Source: Kiritimatiellales bacterium
Lineage (GTDB): Bacteria > Verrucomicrobiota > Kiritimatiellia > Kiritimatiellales > Pontiellaceae
NCBI GenBank assembly: GCA_030625905.1
Contig: DAOUQA010000001.1
Coordinates: 1-63,042, forward strand
DNA: 63,042 nt
Direction of reading: 5' to 3'
The notes beneath the pieces were generated by a model. It saw only the letters and a list, made by a program, of their open reading frames with translations. It was not told the origin of the DNA and did not search any database. The position numbers and the translations under genes were made by a program. How positions within the stretch are numbered: position 1 is the stretch's first letter; each line of letters opens with the position of its first letter. Shown here one piece after another: positions 44,065 to 56,465 of the stretch.

Positions 44065-44093
44065 AAAAAAACAGGGCCATGGAAATGGCCCTG
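44065..44093 (-). terminator. Intrinsic terminator after PEP-CTERM gene 44114-44746
   Basis: CAGGGCCAT-TTCC-ATGGCCCTG followed by TTTTTTT on the minus strand. Confidence 0.8.
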
Positions 44094-44113
44094 AATCGAC
44101 AAACGTTTGCTAC

Positions 44114-44746
44114 TCAGTCAGACACAACCCTTCTGCGAGCAAATGCAATGATAATTCCTGCGCTACCGATTAAAACGAGCGAGGCCGGTTCGGGAATGAC
44201 ATCGTCATCGTTGCGGAAGGTTTCGCTACCATCCCCATCTATGGAGATGACATGAAGAGCCACATGTACCAAGCCGTCATCTACCAGCGTTGAAAAAGAC
44301 GCACTGCTGTCATAGCTCAACTCTATCGCTAGATATTCGCCCGGATCAATGCCGGTGCTGGCAGGAGGCGGCAATGCGCTGGCGGCGGCAACCGTGACAG
44401 ACCACCAATATTCAAACTCCTCCCAGCCAGGCGGGGCAACATTGCTGGGGTCATCTACTTCCAGTATTTCAAACGCGACCCCTTCGGAACCTGTCATGGA
44501 GTCTATGCTTAGGCCGAGATCCTGTAGATCCGTTCCAAAGTAGATGGTTTTCACCGTGGCGGGCATGCCATCGGCATTGTTTGTGAATATAACGCTGGAT
44601 CCCATGTCGCTGGCATCCATCCGCAGTTGGCTTTCGAGCGCATCCCCGTACGGAGTATTGGTTGTTATGTTATGGAACCCAAATAACCCCGCTTGAGTAG
44701 ACAATGCCACTAAAAGCACAACAGAACACGTTAATATACGTTTCAT
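44114..44746 (-). CDS. PEP-CTERM sorting domain protein
   Basis: Signal peptide MKRILTCSVVLLVALSTQA; C-terminal VIPEPASLVLIGSAGIIIAFARRR. Confidence 0.9.
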   Translation of the reverse strand: MKRILTCSVVLLVALSTQAGLFGFHNITTNTPYGDALESQLRMDASDMGSSVIFTNNADGMPATVKTIYFGTDLQDLGLSIDSMTGSEGVAFEILEVDDPSNVAPPGWEEFEYWWSVTVAAASALPPPASTGIDPGEYLAIELSYDSSASFSTLVDDGLVHVALHVISIDGDGSETFRNDDDVIPEPASLVLIGSAGIIIAFARRRVVSD

Positions 44747-44781
44747 TTCCTTCCCTCTCTTCCTCAATATACTTTCTTCGT

Positions 44782-44914
44782 TTGCCGAGTCAGTCCGGCA
44801 ATTGAACGGGAAAGAATGTACCACGAGACGGGGCGGTTGTATATACCACTTAAGGCGTATAGGCATTTTATGCTAAAAATAAATCTTGCCTTTACATAAT
44901 TGTTTTCCCGTGAT
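44782..44914 (-). promoter_or_regulatory. Conserved PEP-CTERM upstream cassette, copy A
   Basis: Homologous to 46564-46696; contains TACCACT-TA-AGGCGTA (44844-44859), -10-like TACATT (44815-44820, minus) and a hairpin at 44782-44801. Confidence 0.75.
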
Positions 44915-45716
44915 CACTGCTGTCCCAACGTTTGAGCGAGTGATCGACATAAGATGCTTAATATGAGTTTGTTGCAACTAAAAATTACCCTATCCGACTT
45001 GAATCGGATTTCGGGATATGATCGCGCCCTTTTACGGAGGGCGAACGATGTATTCCGGAGCAACGGTCTTTTCCCAGTTGATGCAGCAACTTCCATGGTG
45101 GCGATTTCAAATTTCCCGATCTCGAAGCGACAGTCTACGCCTTGGATTCGAGCACGATCGATCTTTGCATGACGCTCTTTCCTTGGGCGCATTTCCGGCG
45201 GACGAAAAGCGCCGTGAAGATGCACACGCTACTCAATCTTTGCGGCAATATCCCCGAGTTCATCCTGATAACAGAGGGGAACGTGCACGATGTGAATGTT
45301 CTCGACCACATCATCCCGTTGCCGGGAGCCTACTATGTGATGGACAGAGCCTACCTCGATTTCGAGCGGCTCTACACGCTGCATACGCTCAAAGCCTATT
45401 TCGTCACCCGTGCCAAAAAGAACTTTCAGTTTCGCCGCCGATATTCGCACCCCGTGGATCGAAGCCTTTTTCGGCACCAGCGCGAACGCGGTCAAAACAC
45501 AGATTTGGGTAGCCATCTGCGTTTACCTACTCGTGGCCATCACAAAGAAGCGGCTGAAAACCGACCGCTCACTCTACACAATTCTACAGATTCTGAGTGT
45601 GTCCGTTTTCGAGAAAACGCCGCTATTACAGGCCTTTCAGGGAGCGGATCACTCAATCGCAGGGGGCAACTTCTGCAACCAGTTGTCGCTGTGGGACTAA
45701 TATTGGGACACTAGTG
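44915..45716 (+). mobile_element. Internally deleted IS4-family element (DUF4372-type transposase)
   Basis: Terminal IRs CACTGCTGTCCCAA and (rc) CACTAGTGTCCCAA; transposase fragments MYSGATVFSQLM, DSSTIDLC..AVKMHTLL..MDRAY, NAVKTQIWVAI in broken frames. Confidence 0.88.
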
Positions 45717-45720
45717 GTCT

Positions 45721-46539
45721 TTAATCTATAATTAACCTGCGGCGAACAAATGAACCTAAGATTACCATAATCCCAATCAGACTGATCGATACCGGTTCTG
45801 GAATGGGTGCGGAAACATAGAGATCCCACATATTGACCTGGGTGGTAGCGTCAATGACCCCATCTTGGTCGGTATCCATCTGATTCCAGCTATGCACCCA
45901 CATTGGAACAATGCCGTGCGGGGTGCCTGAAGCCACTTCAAACCAGAACCCATTCATGGTAGTGGGGGCACCCCCGTTTGGCGAACCCACGCCTTCTCCG
46001 CCAAATGGGTCGGGAGGATTCGGCCGTATATCCCATTCCCAGTTTCCGGCGCCGGCAAAGCCGTTCACAATCCAAGGGTTGCCCGTCACCGGGTCGTTCG
46101 GAGTCCCCATGAGTCCGGTTGGAACACCGTAAAGGTTCACGATGTTGAATCCGCTCACCCCGTTGACGCCCACTCCCGCAGCACCCGCATAGGCCAGCGG
46201 AACATTCCCCGAATCATAGTCCAGATTGCTGATCGTGTAGACATAGCGATCCATGCCCGGAGTGACATATGAATGAGAAATAGGATCGTACTGGATTACG
46301 TCTTCCTCGATCTTCAACGCCAAGGCACCCGTCGGAGTCCCGTGGATTGTTGGAGCGCCAGGATTGGCATTACGGATTGTCGTCGCGATACTGTTGATGT
46401 TGTCGTATACGACTATCCTTCCGTCGTCGAAGTAGCTAAATATATCGGAATATATTACCGTCCCCTGAACGTTTCCTGCGAAGACAATCAATACAGCTCC
46501 GACTACACCCCAACGGAATAAGCATCTTACAGTTTTCAT
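45721..46539 (-). CDS. PEP-CTERM sorting domain protein
   Basis: Signal peptide; C-terminal PIPEPVSISLIGIMVILGSFVRRR. Confidence 0.9.
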   Translation of the reverse strand: MKTVRCLFRWGVVGAVLIVFAGNVQGTVIYSDIFSYFDDGRIVVYDNINSIATTIRNANPGAPTIHGTPTGALALKIEEDVIQYDPISHSYVTPGMDRYVYTISNLDYDSGNVPLAYAGAAGVGVNGVSGFNIVNLYGVPTGLMGTPNDPVTGNPWIVNGFAGAGNWEWDIRPNPPDPFGGEGVGSPNGGAPTTMNGFWFEVASGTPHGIVPMWVHSWNQMDTDQDGVIDATTQVNMWDLYVSAPIPEPVSISLIGIMVILGSFVRRRLIID

Positions 46540-46563
46540 TTTGTTTCCCCTCCTCTTTTCTCC

Positions 46564-46696
46564 TTGCCAAGTTAGTTCGGCAATCAGGTCGAATAGAATG
46601 TACCCCGAAATCGGGAGGTCGTATATACCACTTAAGGCGTAGGTGTTTTACGTAATAAAAACAAACCATGCCTTTACATAATTATTTTTTCATGAT
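46564..46696 (-). promoter_or_regulatory. Conserved PEP-CTERM upstream cassette, copy B (divergent with the LuxR gene)
   Basis: Identical TACCACT-TA-AGGCGTA (46626-46641), TACATT (46597-46602, minus), hairpin 46564-46583 and TGCCTTTACATAATT block. Confidence 0.75.
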
Positions 46697-46774
46697 ACTT
46701 AATAAAGAGGAGGCGGGGCGAATTAATTAATGTTTGCTGTTTTCTATTCGTCGCCTTCTTTGAAGGGGTAGATC

Positions 46775-47602
46775 GTGAAGACGGAAAGCTATTTTAGTCG
46801 GCTCCCCCATGTGGATATCGAACAGGCGGTGGAGCTCTGCGCGGAGTTGCATTGCGCCGAGCCCGAGGAATCCTTCATCCACCATTCCCATGCCACCCTA
46901 AACCAAGCATTCAACAACATTCGTTTTTCGGTGGAAGTCTACCGGTTGAAACCATTCCGGCTCAGGGAGCAGGAAATCCACACCCCTGACTATGACTACT
47001 GGAGCCCCCTGTTCAAGAAACACATTCTCGATCGTCCGGATGTCCAACATGTCATTGTCTTAACGGATTCCGACCGAGGCATGATACCCTTGGAATCCAC
47101 ATTAAAGGAGTTCCATTATTCCGCCCTCTACAATGAATTCCATGATCAGGTTCAGATGCCCTGCCAGCTGTGGATCGGAATACGCGACGGCAATGAACTG
47201 CTCAACTGCATCTATTCCCGCGAAAAAAAATGCACTGAAGAACAATTGGCTATGTTGTGCCTGATCCAATCCAATCTTGAAGCGGCATGGAAAACCTGGA
47301 AGCAAGCCCGTGCCCTGCAGCAGAAGCTGAATCTACTCAAAGGCTCAACCTTCCGGTCGAAGGGAGAAAAAGCTATTGCGGCTCAAATCCGCAAAGCGCT
47401 TGAATCCCTTACCGCCCGCCAACGCGATGTGGTGGAACAGGTAGCGTTAGGCAAGGATAACCAACAGATCGCCGACGAGCTGGAAATTTCCGTCCTGACG
47501 GTAAAAAAGCATCTCCAAGCCATTTTCCAAACATTGGAAGTCCATCACCGCACCGAACTCGCCGCCAAATGGCACGATGCCTATTTCATACACCTGCCCT
47601 GA
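46775..47602 (+). CDS. LuxR-family transcriptional regulator (N-terminal non-receiver sensor-like domain)
   Basis: C-terminal LTARQRDVVEQVALGKDNQQIADELEISVLTVKKHLQAIFQTLEVHHRTELA HTH. Confidence 0.9.
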   Translation: MKTESYFSRLPHVDIEQAVELCAELHCAEPEESFIHHSHATLNQAFNNIRFSVEVYRLKPFRLREQEIHTPDYDYWSPLFKKHILDRPDVQHVIVLTDSDRGMIPLESTLKEFHYSALYNEFHDQVQMPCQLWIGIRDGNELLNCIYSREKKCTEEQLAMLCLIQSNLEAAWKTWKQARALQQKLNLLKGSTFRSKGEKAIAAQIRKALESLTARQRDVVEQVALGKDNQQIADELEISVLTVKKHLQAIFQTLEVHHRTELAAKWHDAYFIHLP

Positions 47603-47631
47603 CCACAAGATCTGCATTGGGCAAACAGAGC

Positions 47632-49101
47632 CTATGCGTGCAGGAGGATCTTGTCGACACGGGCGATTTCGAAAGTACGTCGGGGGCGGGGCGAGAGGTT
47701 GGCGATGGACATGGAAACGCCTTCGTCCTGCGTGGCCTTCTTGAGGGCAATAAGGAAACCGAGGCCGGAACTATCGATGAAGTCGAGCTGGGCGGCGTCG
47801 ACCGAAACCGTCTTGAGGATACCTTGCTCCTTCAATTCGTGATGAACAAATTCGGCTTGTTTCTCGAAATCCGGCAGCGTTGCGGCAGTCAGTTCCATCG
47901 GCAGATCCAGGGTCAGCAAGCCCTCTTCATAGACCGTTCTCCCGTCGCGATGCTGGGTCAAATTCCGGATGATGGAGACCAGTTCATCCATGCGGGTGGC
48001 GGTATCGAAATAGTCGGTCAGCCGGCAGGTATCGAGCAGGCGCCGCACCTTGGGCCGGGGGGCGTAGAGAATCAGGCGTGTTCCCTTTGCCCGGCACCGT
48101 TTGTTCACTTCCAGCAACGCGCCTATCTCCAGACTGTCGAGCCACGGAACCGGGTGGATGTCGAGGATAATGTTGTTCGCTGCGGCGGCACCCAGCCCTT
48201 CAACAAATTGCCGGGCGGCATCCTCGGACTCCAGTTTTTGGAATTGCTCCACAATTGCGCCAAGGCTTTCGAGCTGCTCCACGGCGGCCTGATCCAGAAG
48301 ATGGAATCCACCGGGCTTGTCGGGCATCCGGCGGATTATCCGCATTTGGCGGCTGGCGGACAATAGAAAGCGCGTGTTGGCCACATAGCGGGCAAATAAT
48401 CGCTTGGGGTCGAGGCACATGCGCCAAAACCATTCGAGATGCAGCTTTTGCAGCCAAACCGGTGCCCGCTTTTGCTTGCCGGTGATGAAGTCGAGCGATC
48501 CACCCACCCCGATTGAAACCGGTACGTTCCAGCCGCGCACATGCATGCTGATGAATTTATCCTGCTTCGGTACCCCCAGCGCAACAAACAAGAGATCTGG
48601 TCGGGCACGTTCGAGACGTTGCAGAATGTCCCGGTGATCCATCTCCAAAAGCGGGGAGAAGGACGGGGAATAGGTTCCCGCAACCTTCAACTTCGGGAAG
48701 CGGGCTTTCAGAACATCCAAGGCCTCCGTTGCCACGCCATCGGCCGAACCGAGGCCGTAAACGCTGAGTCCCTCCAGCGCGGCACGCTCCGCCAGCATCG
48801 GCACGAGATCGCTGCCCGTCACCCGGTTTTTCAGGCGGGGACCGAAGAACGGCGAAAGCTTCACGACTGAAAACCCATCGGCGATCACCAAGTCGGCATC
48901 GATCAGCAAACGTTGCAGTTCGGGATCGCGCCATGCTTTTGTCACAAAATCAAGATTGGCCGTGGCAATGTTGGCCGGCCGACCGGAGCGAATCCGTTCA
49001 ATAACCCACTCAACCGCCTCATCGAAGTCCACGTTGTGAAACGGAACCCCGAAGATCGCCAGTGGGACAGGAGCTGGATCATGGTTATCCATATCGAACA
49101 A
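47632..49101 (-). CDS. WecB/TagA/CpsF glycosyltransferase fused to two STAS domains
   Basis: TANLDF, IADG, RVTGSDL, VALGVPKQD, GVGGSLDF, RAP.W..LEW; STAS motifs WLDSLEIGALL and FIDSSGLGFLI. Confidence 0.9.
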   Translation of the reverse strand: MFDMDNHDPAPVPLAIFGVPFHNVDFDEAVEWVIERIRSGRPANIATANLDFVTKAWRDPELQRLLIDADLVIADGFSVVKLSPFFGPRLKNRVTGSDLVPMLAERAALEGLSVYGLGSADGVATEALDVLKARFPKLKVAGTYSPSFSPLLEMDHRDILQRLERARPDLLFVALGVPKQDKFISMHVRGWNVPVSIGVGGSLDFITGKQKRAPVWLQKLHLEWFWRMCLDPKRLFARYVANTRFLLSASRQMRIIRRMPDKPGGFHLLDQAAVEQLESLGAIVEQFQKLESEDAARQFVEGLGAAAANNIILDIHPVPWLDSLEIGALLEVNKRCRAKGTRLILYAPRPKVRRLLDTCRLTDYFDTATRMDELVSIIRNLTQHRDGRTVYEEGLLTLDLPMELTAATLPDFEKQAEFVHHELKEQGILKTVSVDAAQLDFIDSSGLGFLIALKKATQDEGVSMSIANLSPRPRRTFEIARVDKILLHA

Positions 49102-49259
49102 ATATTACCGCCCAGTGCCGGAAGATACAAGTTTTCCAGTACTTGAAAGTGCTTCCGCCGACCGGTCGGTAACGGCACGAAGGGAGGGGTAATCCCTGCT
49201 TGAGGGGTGAGAGGAAATGCAGTAGGTTGCCTCCTCGTTTTACAATCCCGGAAAATACC

Positions 49260-52298
<3,039 letters not shown>

Positions 52299-52457
52299 AT
52301 AAGCAGAACAACGCATGGGCATGCCGTTGTATTTGCCGACGGTGCTGGCTTCCGAATTTGGAATAAAACAAGCCGTCATCGATCTCCCGCTACACAACTT
52401 TAAGGTTCTTCCCTTCAACCGCTCCCTGCCTTCATCCTGATATTATTTTACACCCCC

Positions 52458-53768
52458 ATGAATATTCCCGAAACCATTCACGAAACGATTGACCGGAACG
52501 GGTTGATTCCCAATGGCGCGAAGGTGGTCGCCGGGGTGTCGGGCGGGGCGGATTCGGTCGCATTGCTGCGGGCACTGCATCAACTCGGTATTCCCTGTAC
52601 CGTCGCGCACATGAACCATCAACTGCGCGGGGACGAATCCGAGGCCGATGAGCGGTTTGTGCGCGAACTGGCCGGTGAACTGAACCGCCCCGTCGTTGTG
52701 AAAAGTGTGGCGGTGCGCGAACTGGCCGAAAACTCCGGATTATCGATCGAGATGGCCGCACGGCAGGCGCGGCATGATTTCTTTGCGGAATTCGAGGATT
52801 CCGTTATTGCCCTCGCCCACCATGCGGACGATCAGGCCGAAACCTTCATTCTCAAGCTCGCACGCGGCGCGGGATCCGAGGGGCTGGGCGGCATGCCCTG
52901 CTCCCAGAAGATCGGACAGCTCCGACTGATCAGGCCGATGCTCAATATTCCACGGGAGGAAATCCTGCAATGGCTGGAAGAAAACCATTTCGGGTGGCGG
53001 GAAGATGCCAGCAATGCCGACGAGACGTTCCTGCGCAACCGCGTGCGGCACACCATCCTCCCCCTGCTGGAAAAGGAACTGAACCCGAATATCCGCGAGA
53101 CGATCCGGCGGACAATGGATATTCTGCGCGAGGAGAATGCTTGGATGGAAGGTTTGCTAACGGGAACGAGCCTGCGGGACTCGTCTACATTGCCACTCGC
53201 GGCACGAAGGCGGGTGCTGCGCAAGTGGTTGTTCGAGCAAGGGGCGGAGACTGCTGATTTCGATGCAGTTGAAAAAATCCTGGCATTGGTGGATGCCGGC
53301 GAGGGTTCCACGGTTTTCGAGCTAAGCAAACGGCAACGCGTGGTGGTGGAATATGGAAACCCCCGGTTTGAGCATGTGGGGCAGGCATCCTTGCCTGCCC
53401 AAGGCAGACAGGGATGTCTGCCCCACGTTCGCTTAACAACCGAGAGGGGAACGGGCTGGCGAAAGGATCATGGGAAAGGTGCCGGCATTCTGCCGGCCGA
53501 GGCTTCGTTCGATGCGGATAAGGTCGGCGACTCGCCCATCGAGGTGCGCAGCTACCGGCTCGGCGACCGCATCGCCCCGATCGGAATGGAGGGCAGCCGC
53601 AAGCTTCAGGATATTTTCACCGATCAAAAGGTTCCGCGCGCACAGCGCCCCTCGATTCCGGTGGTGGTGTGCCGCGGTGAAATCATCTGGATCCCCGGCT
53701 ACCGCACCGCCCGCGGCTGGGAGGTGGATGGCAAAAACGGCGTCGCGGTGCATGTCCGGGCTGAATAA
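52458..53768 (+). CDS. tilS: tRNA(Ile)-lysidine synthase
   Basis: SGGADS PP-loop, AHHADDQAET, RPML, EDASN, RNRVRH, TilS-C (GSRKLQDIF.DQKVP). Confidence 0.96.
   Translation: MNIPETIHETIDRNGLIPNGAKVVAGVSGGADSVALLRALHQLGIPCTVAHMNHQLRGDESEADERFVRELAGELNRPVVVKSVAVRELAENSGLSIEMAARQARHDFFAEFEDSVIALAHHADDQAETFILKLARGAGSEGLGGMPCSQKIGQLRLIRPMLNIPREEILQWLEENHFGWREDASNADETFLRNRVRHTILPLLEKELNPNIRETIRRTMDILREENAWMEGLLTGTSLRDSSTLPLAARRRVLRKWLFEQGAETADFDAVEKILALVDAGEGSTVFELSKRQRVVVEYGNPRFEHVGQASLPAQGRQGCLPHVRLTTERGTGWRKDHGKGAGILPAEASFDADKVGDSPIEVRSYRLGDRIAPIGMEGSRKLQDIFTDQKVPRAQRPSIPVVVCRGEIIWIPGYRTARGWEVDGKNGVAVHVRAE
53376..53426. repeat. REP doublet inserted in frame within tilS
   Basis: GTGGGGCAGGCATCCTTGCCTGCC-CAA-GGCAGACAGGGATGTCTGCCCCAC, 51 bp, encoding VGQASLPAQGRQGCLPH. 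Confidence 0.85.
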
Positions 53769-54088
53769 ATCGACAGGTTGTGTTCAACATGATTTACACT
53801 CGGTGTCCGGATCAGGCATTCGGCGGAATACCAGGATCGGGCCGAAATTGTCCTGCCCAGCAAGGATATCCTTATTGCAGTCGGCAGCTACAAGGACCTG
53901 CTCCTGCGTCTTGAGGGCACCCAAGGCATCATTGCGCGAATCTAGCATAATCCCACAAACCCCTGTCGGCGCAACGTCAGCAGGGCGTTTTTGTTTGAAT
54001 GAAACCGCGCCGATTGACTCCAACTTTATCTCGTTATCACTATGTGGCGATGGTAGCTTTCGGCCTGTTTTTAAAGAAAGAAGCAACT

Positions 54089-56065
54089 ATGGCAGACAAT
54101 AACCAGCCCAAAAATCCCAAGACCGAAAAGCCAAAAAAGAAGGGGCCGCCACCCATGCCGATGCGCGGATTGGCCATCTCCTTCCTGATGATGGCCATTT
54201 TCCTGACGGTTCTACACCTGTTCTCCAATTCGTCCCAAAAGACCAACGAGCTTGAATACACCGACTTTGCGAGGAAGGTCAAGGACGGGCGGATCGCCAA
54301 GGTGGAGATTGCCAACGACGGCGCAGGCAACCACTACGTGACCGGCGAATCGAAGGATCTGAACGAGTCGGGAAACACCCAGTTCCGCACGGAAATCATC
54401 CTGACCGAAAAGTTGATGGGAATGTTGGAGGAAAACGGGGTACAGGTGAAGATCAAGCGTCCGAAAACCATGCTTATTTCGGTTCTGGCCAACATTGTCC
54501 CGTTCATCCTGATTTTCGGCATCATCTACTTTGTATTCATCCGCCAAATGAAAAATGCCGGACGCGGTGCCATGAGCTTTGGCAAGAGCCGCGCCAAGCT
54601 GCTGACGCAGGACAAGAACAAGATCACCTTCAAGGAGGTGGCCGGCGTCGACGAGGCGAAGGAGGAGCTACTGGAGATTGTTGAATTCCTGAAGGATCCG
54701 AAACAATTCCAGAGGCTGGGCGGCAAGATGCCGAAGGGCGTATTGCTTTCCGGAGCGCCGGGAACCGGCAAGACCCTGCTGGCCAAGGCGGTGGCGGGCG
54801 AGGCGGATGTGCCGTTCTTCACCATCAGCGGGTCGGACTTTGTCGAAATGTTTGTCGGCATCGGTGCCTCACGCGTGCGCGACATGTTTGAACAGGGGAA
54901 AAAAAATGCCCCCTGCATTATTTTTATCGATGAGATCGACGCCGTTGGCCGCAGCCGTTTCAGCGGCATCGGCGGCGGGCACGATGAGCGCGAGCAGACA
55001 CTCAACGCCCTGCTGGTCGAGATGGACGGCTTTGATTCGCAGGAAGGCATTATCATCGTTGCTGCGACAAACCGGCCCGATGTACTCGACCCCGCCCTGC
55101 TGCGTCCCGGGCGCTTCGACCGTCAGGTGGTGGTCGACCTGCCGACCCTGGAGGGCCGCGAGCAAATCCTGAAGATCCACTCCCGCAACGTCCGCCTGTC
55201 GGACAAGGTCGACCTGAAGAAGTCGGCACGCGGCACTCCGGGCTTTTCGGGAGCCGATCTGGCAAACCTCGTGAACGAAGCCGCTTTGCTGGCCGCCCGC
55301 CGCAACGCGGAATTCGTGGAACAGAAGGATATGGAGGAGGCTCGCGACAAAGTGATGTGGGGCCGCGAGCGTCGCAGCCATGTGCTTGATTCGGAAGAGA
55401 AGGAACTGACGGCCTACCACGAGGCGGGACACGCCGTGGCAATGTACTACACGCCAGAATGCGAACCGATCCACAAGGTAACCATTATCCCGCGCGGCCG
55501 CGCGCTGGGCGCCACGATGCAGCTACCGGAGAAGGATCGCTACACGCAGTCGAAGAAACGGCTGGAAGCCGACCTCGTTTCGCTGATGGGTGGACGGGCG
55601 GCGGAGGAGCTGGTTTTCAGCGATGTCACCACCGGGGCTCACAACGATATCGAACGAGCCACCATGATTGCCCGGGCCATGGTCTGCGAATACGGTATGA
55701 GCCCACTTCTGGGGCCGCAAAACCTAGGCAACCACAACAAGCCGGTCTTTCTCGGGCAAGGCATCAGCGGGGCGCATGAACACAGCGAAAATACCGCGCA
55801 AAAGATCGACGAGGAAGTGCGGCGAATCCTGACCGAGACCTATGATGCCTGCATGAAGATATTGACGGACAATAAGGACAAGCTGGTCACCCTCTCCAAA
55901 ATGCTGATCGAACGCGAAGTGCTGAATTTCGACGAAGTCGATTCCATCATGAAAACCGGGAACCTTCCGGCAAACAAGAAAGCCGAACCCAAGGCCGCGG
56001 AAGCCAAACCCCAAACCGCGGAAGCCGAACAGGAAAAACCGGACGCTGCAGACGGCTCCGCTTAG
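54089..56065 (+). CDS. ftsH: ATP-dependent zinc metalloprotease FtsH
   Basis: Two TMs, [27 protein letters not shown]. Confidence 0.98.
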   Translation: MADNNQPKNPKTEKPKKKGPPPMPMRGLAISFLMMAIFLTVLHLFSNSSQKTNELEYTDFARKVKDGRIAKVEIANDGAGNHYVTGESKDLNESGNTQFRTEIILTEKLMGMLEENGVQVKIKRPKTMLISVLANIVPFILIFGIIYFVFIRQMKNAGRGAMSFGKSRAKLLTQDKNKITFKEVAGVDEAKEELLEIVEFLKDPKQFQRLGGKMPKGVLLSGAPGTGKTLLAKAVAGEADVPFFTISGSDFVEMFVGIGASRVRDMFEQGKKNAPCIIFIDEIDAVGRSRFSGIGGGHDEREQTLNALLVEMDGFDSQEGIIIVAATNRPDVLDPALLRPGRFDRQVVVDLPTLEGREQILKIHSRNVRLSDKVDLKKSARGTPGFSGADLANLVNEAALLAARRNAEFVEQKDMEEARDKVMWGRERRSHVLDSEEKELTAYHEAGHAVAMYYTPECEPIHKVTIIPRGRALGATMQLPEKDRYTQSKKRLEADLVSLMGGRAAEELVFSDVTTGAHNDIERATMIARAMVCEYGMSPLLGPQNLGNHNKPVFLGQGISGAHEHSENTAQKIDEEVRRILTETYDACMKILTDNKDKLVTLSKMLIEREVLNFDEVDSIMKTGNLPANKKAEPKAAEAKPQTAEAEQEKPDAADGSA

Positions 56066-56104
56066 TGGTTTACATTTCCGCAGTTTGGAAATAAGCTCCG
56101 GAAC

Positions 56105-56455
56105 ATGAAATCCATGAAATATATTGCCGTGGTTGCATCGCTAGCCCTTCTCATGGGCTGTGCAACCACGTTCCGACCTTGGTTGCTCAGCGAAATCGAA
56201 GAGGGCATGGAGCGGGCGCAGGTTATCCGTATCCTGGGGGAGCCGGATTCCGCCGAAACGAAAAACGGGGCGGAGTTCCTGCATTATTCCTACAGAGAAG
56301 ATTTCGCCCCACTACTTGCTGACAACTCGACCTATGCCTACGAGGCCAATCGTAGAGTCCGGGAACAGCAAATCCGAAAGAGCCTCAAGGAATACAGGTA
56401 TGCCGTAAAGCTGGTTGACGGGAAGGTGCAGAGCTACAAAGAGCTGGTGGATTAG
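56105..56455 (+). CDS. Small lipoprotein, BamE/SmpA-like fold possible
   Basis: Lipobox LMGC; IEEGMERAQVIRILGEP motif typical of SmpA/OmlA-like proteins. Confidence 0.7.
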   Translation: MKSMKYIAVVASLALLMGCATTFRPWLLSEIEEGMERAQVIRILGEPDSAETKNGAEFLHYSYREDFAPLLADNSTYAYEANRRVREQQIRKSLKEYRYAVKLVDGKVQSYKELVD

Positions 56456-56465
56456 GGCAAATCCC

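Noticed and set aside
46564-46583. TTGGCA/TTGC words as a sigma54 promoter for PEP-CTERM genes
   Set aside because: Order and spacing do not fit TGGCAC-N5-TTGC on the coding strand; they form a hairpin instead.
52299-52457. Peptide-like fragment between secA and tilS (MPLYLPTVLASEFG...)
   Set aside because: Too short to assign; any resemblance to a LysR C-terminus is unsupported without a search.
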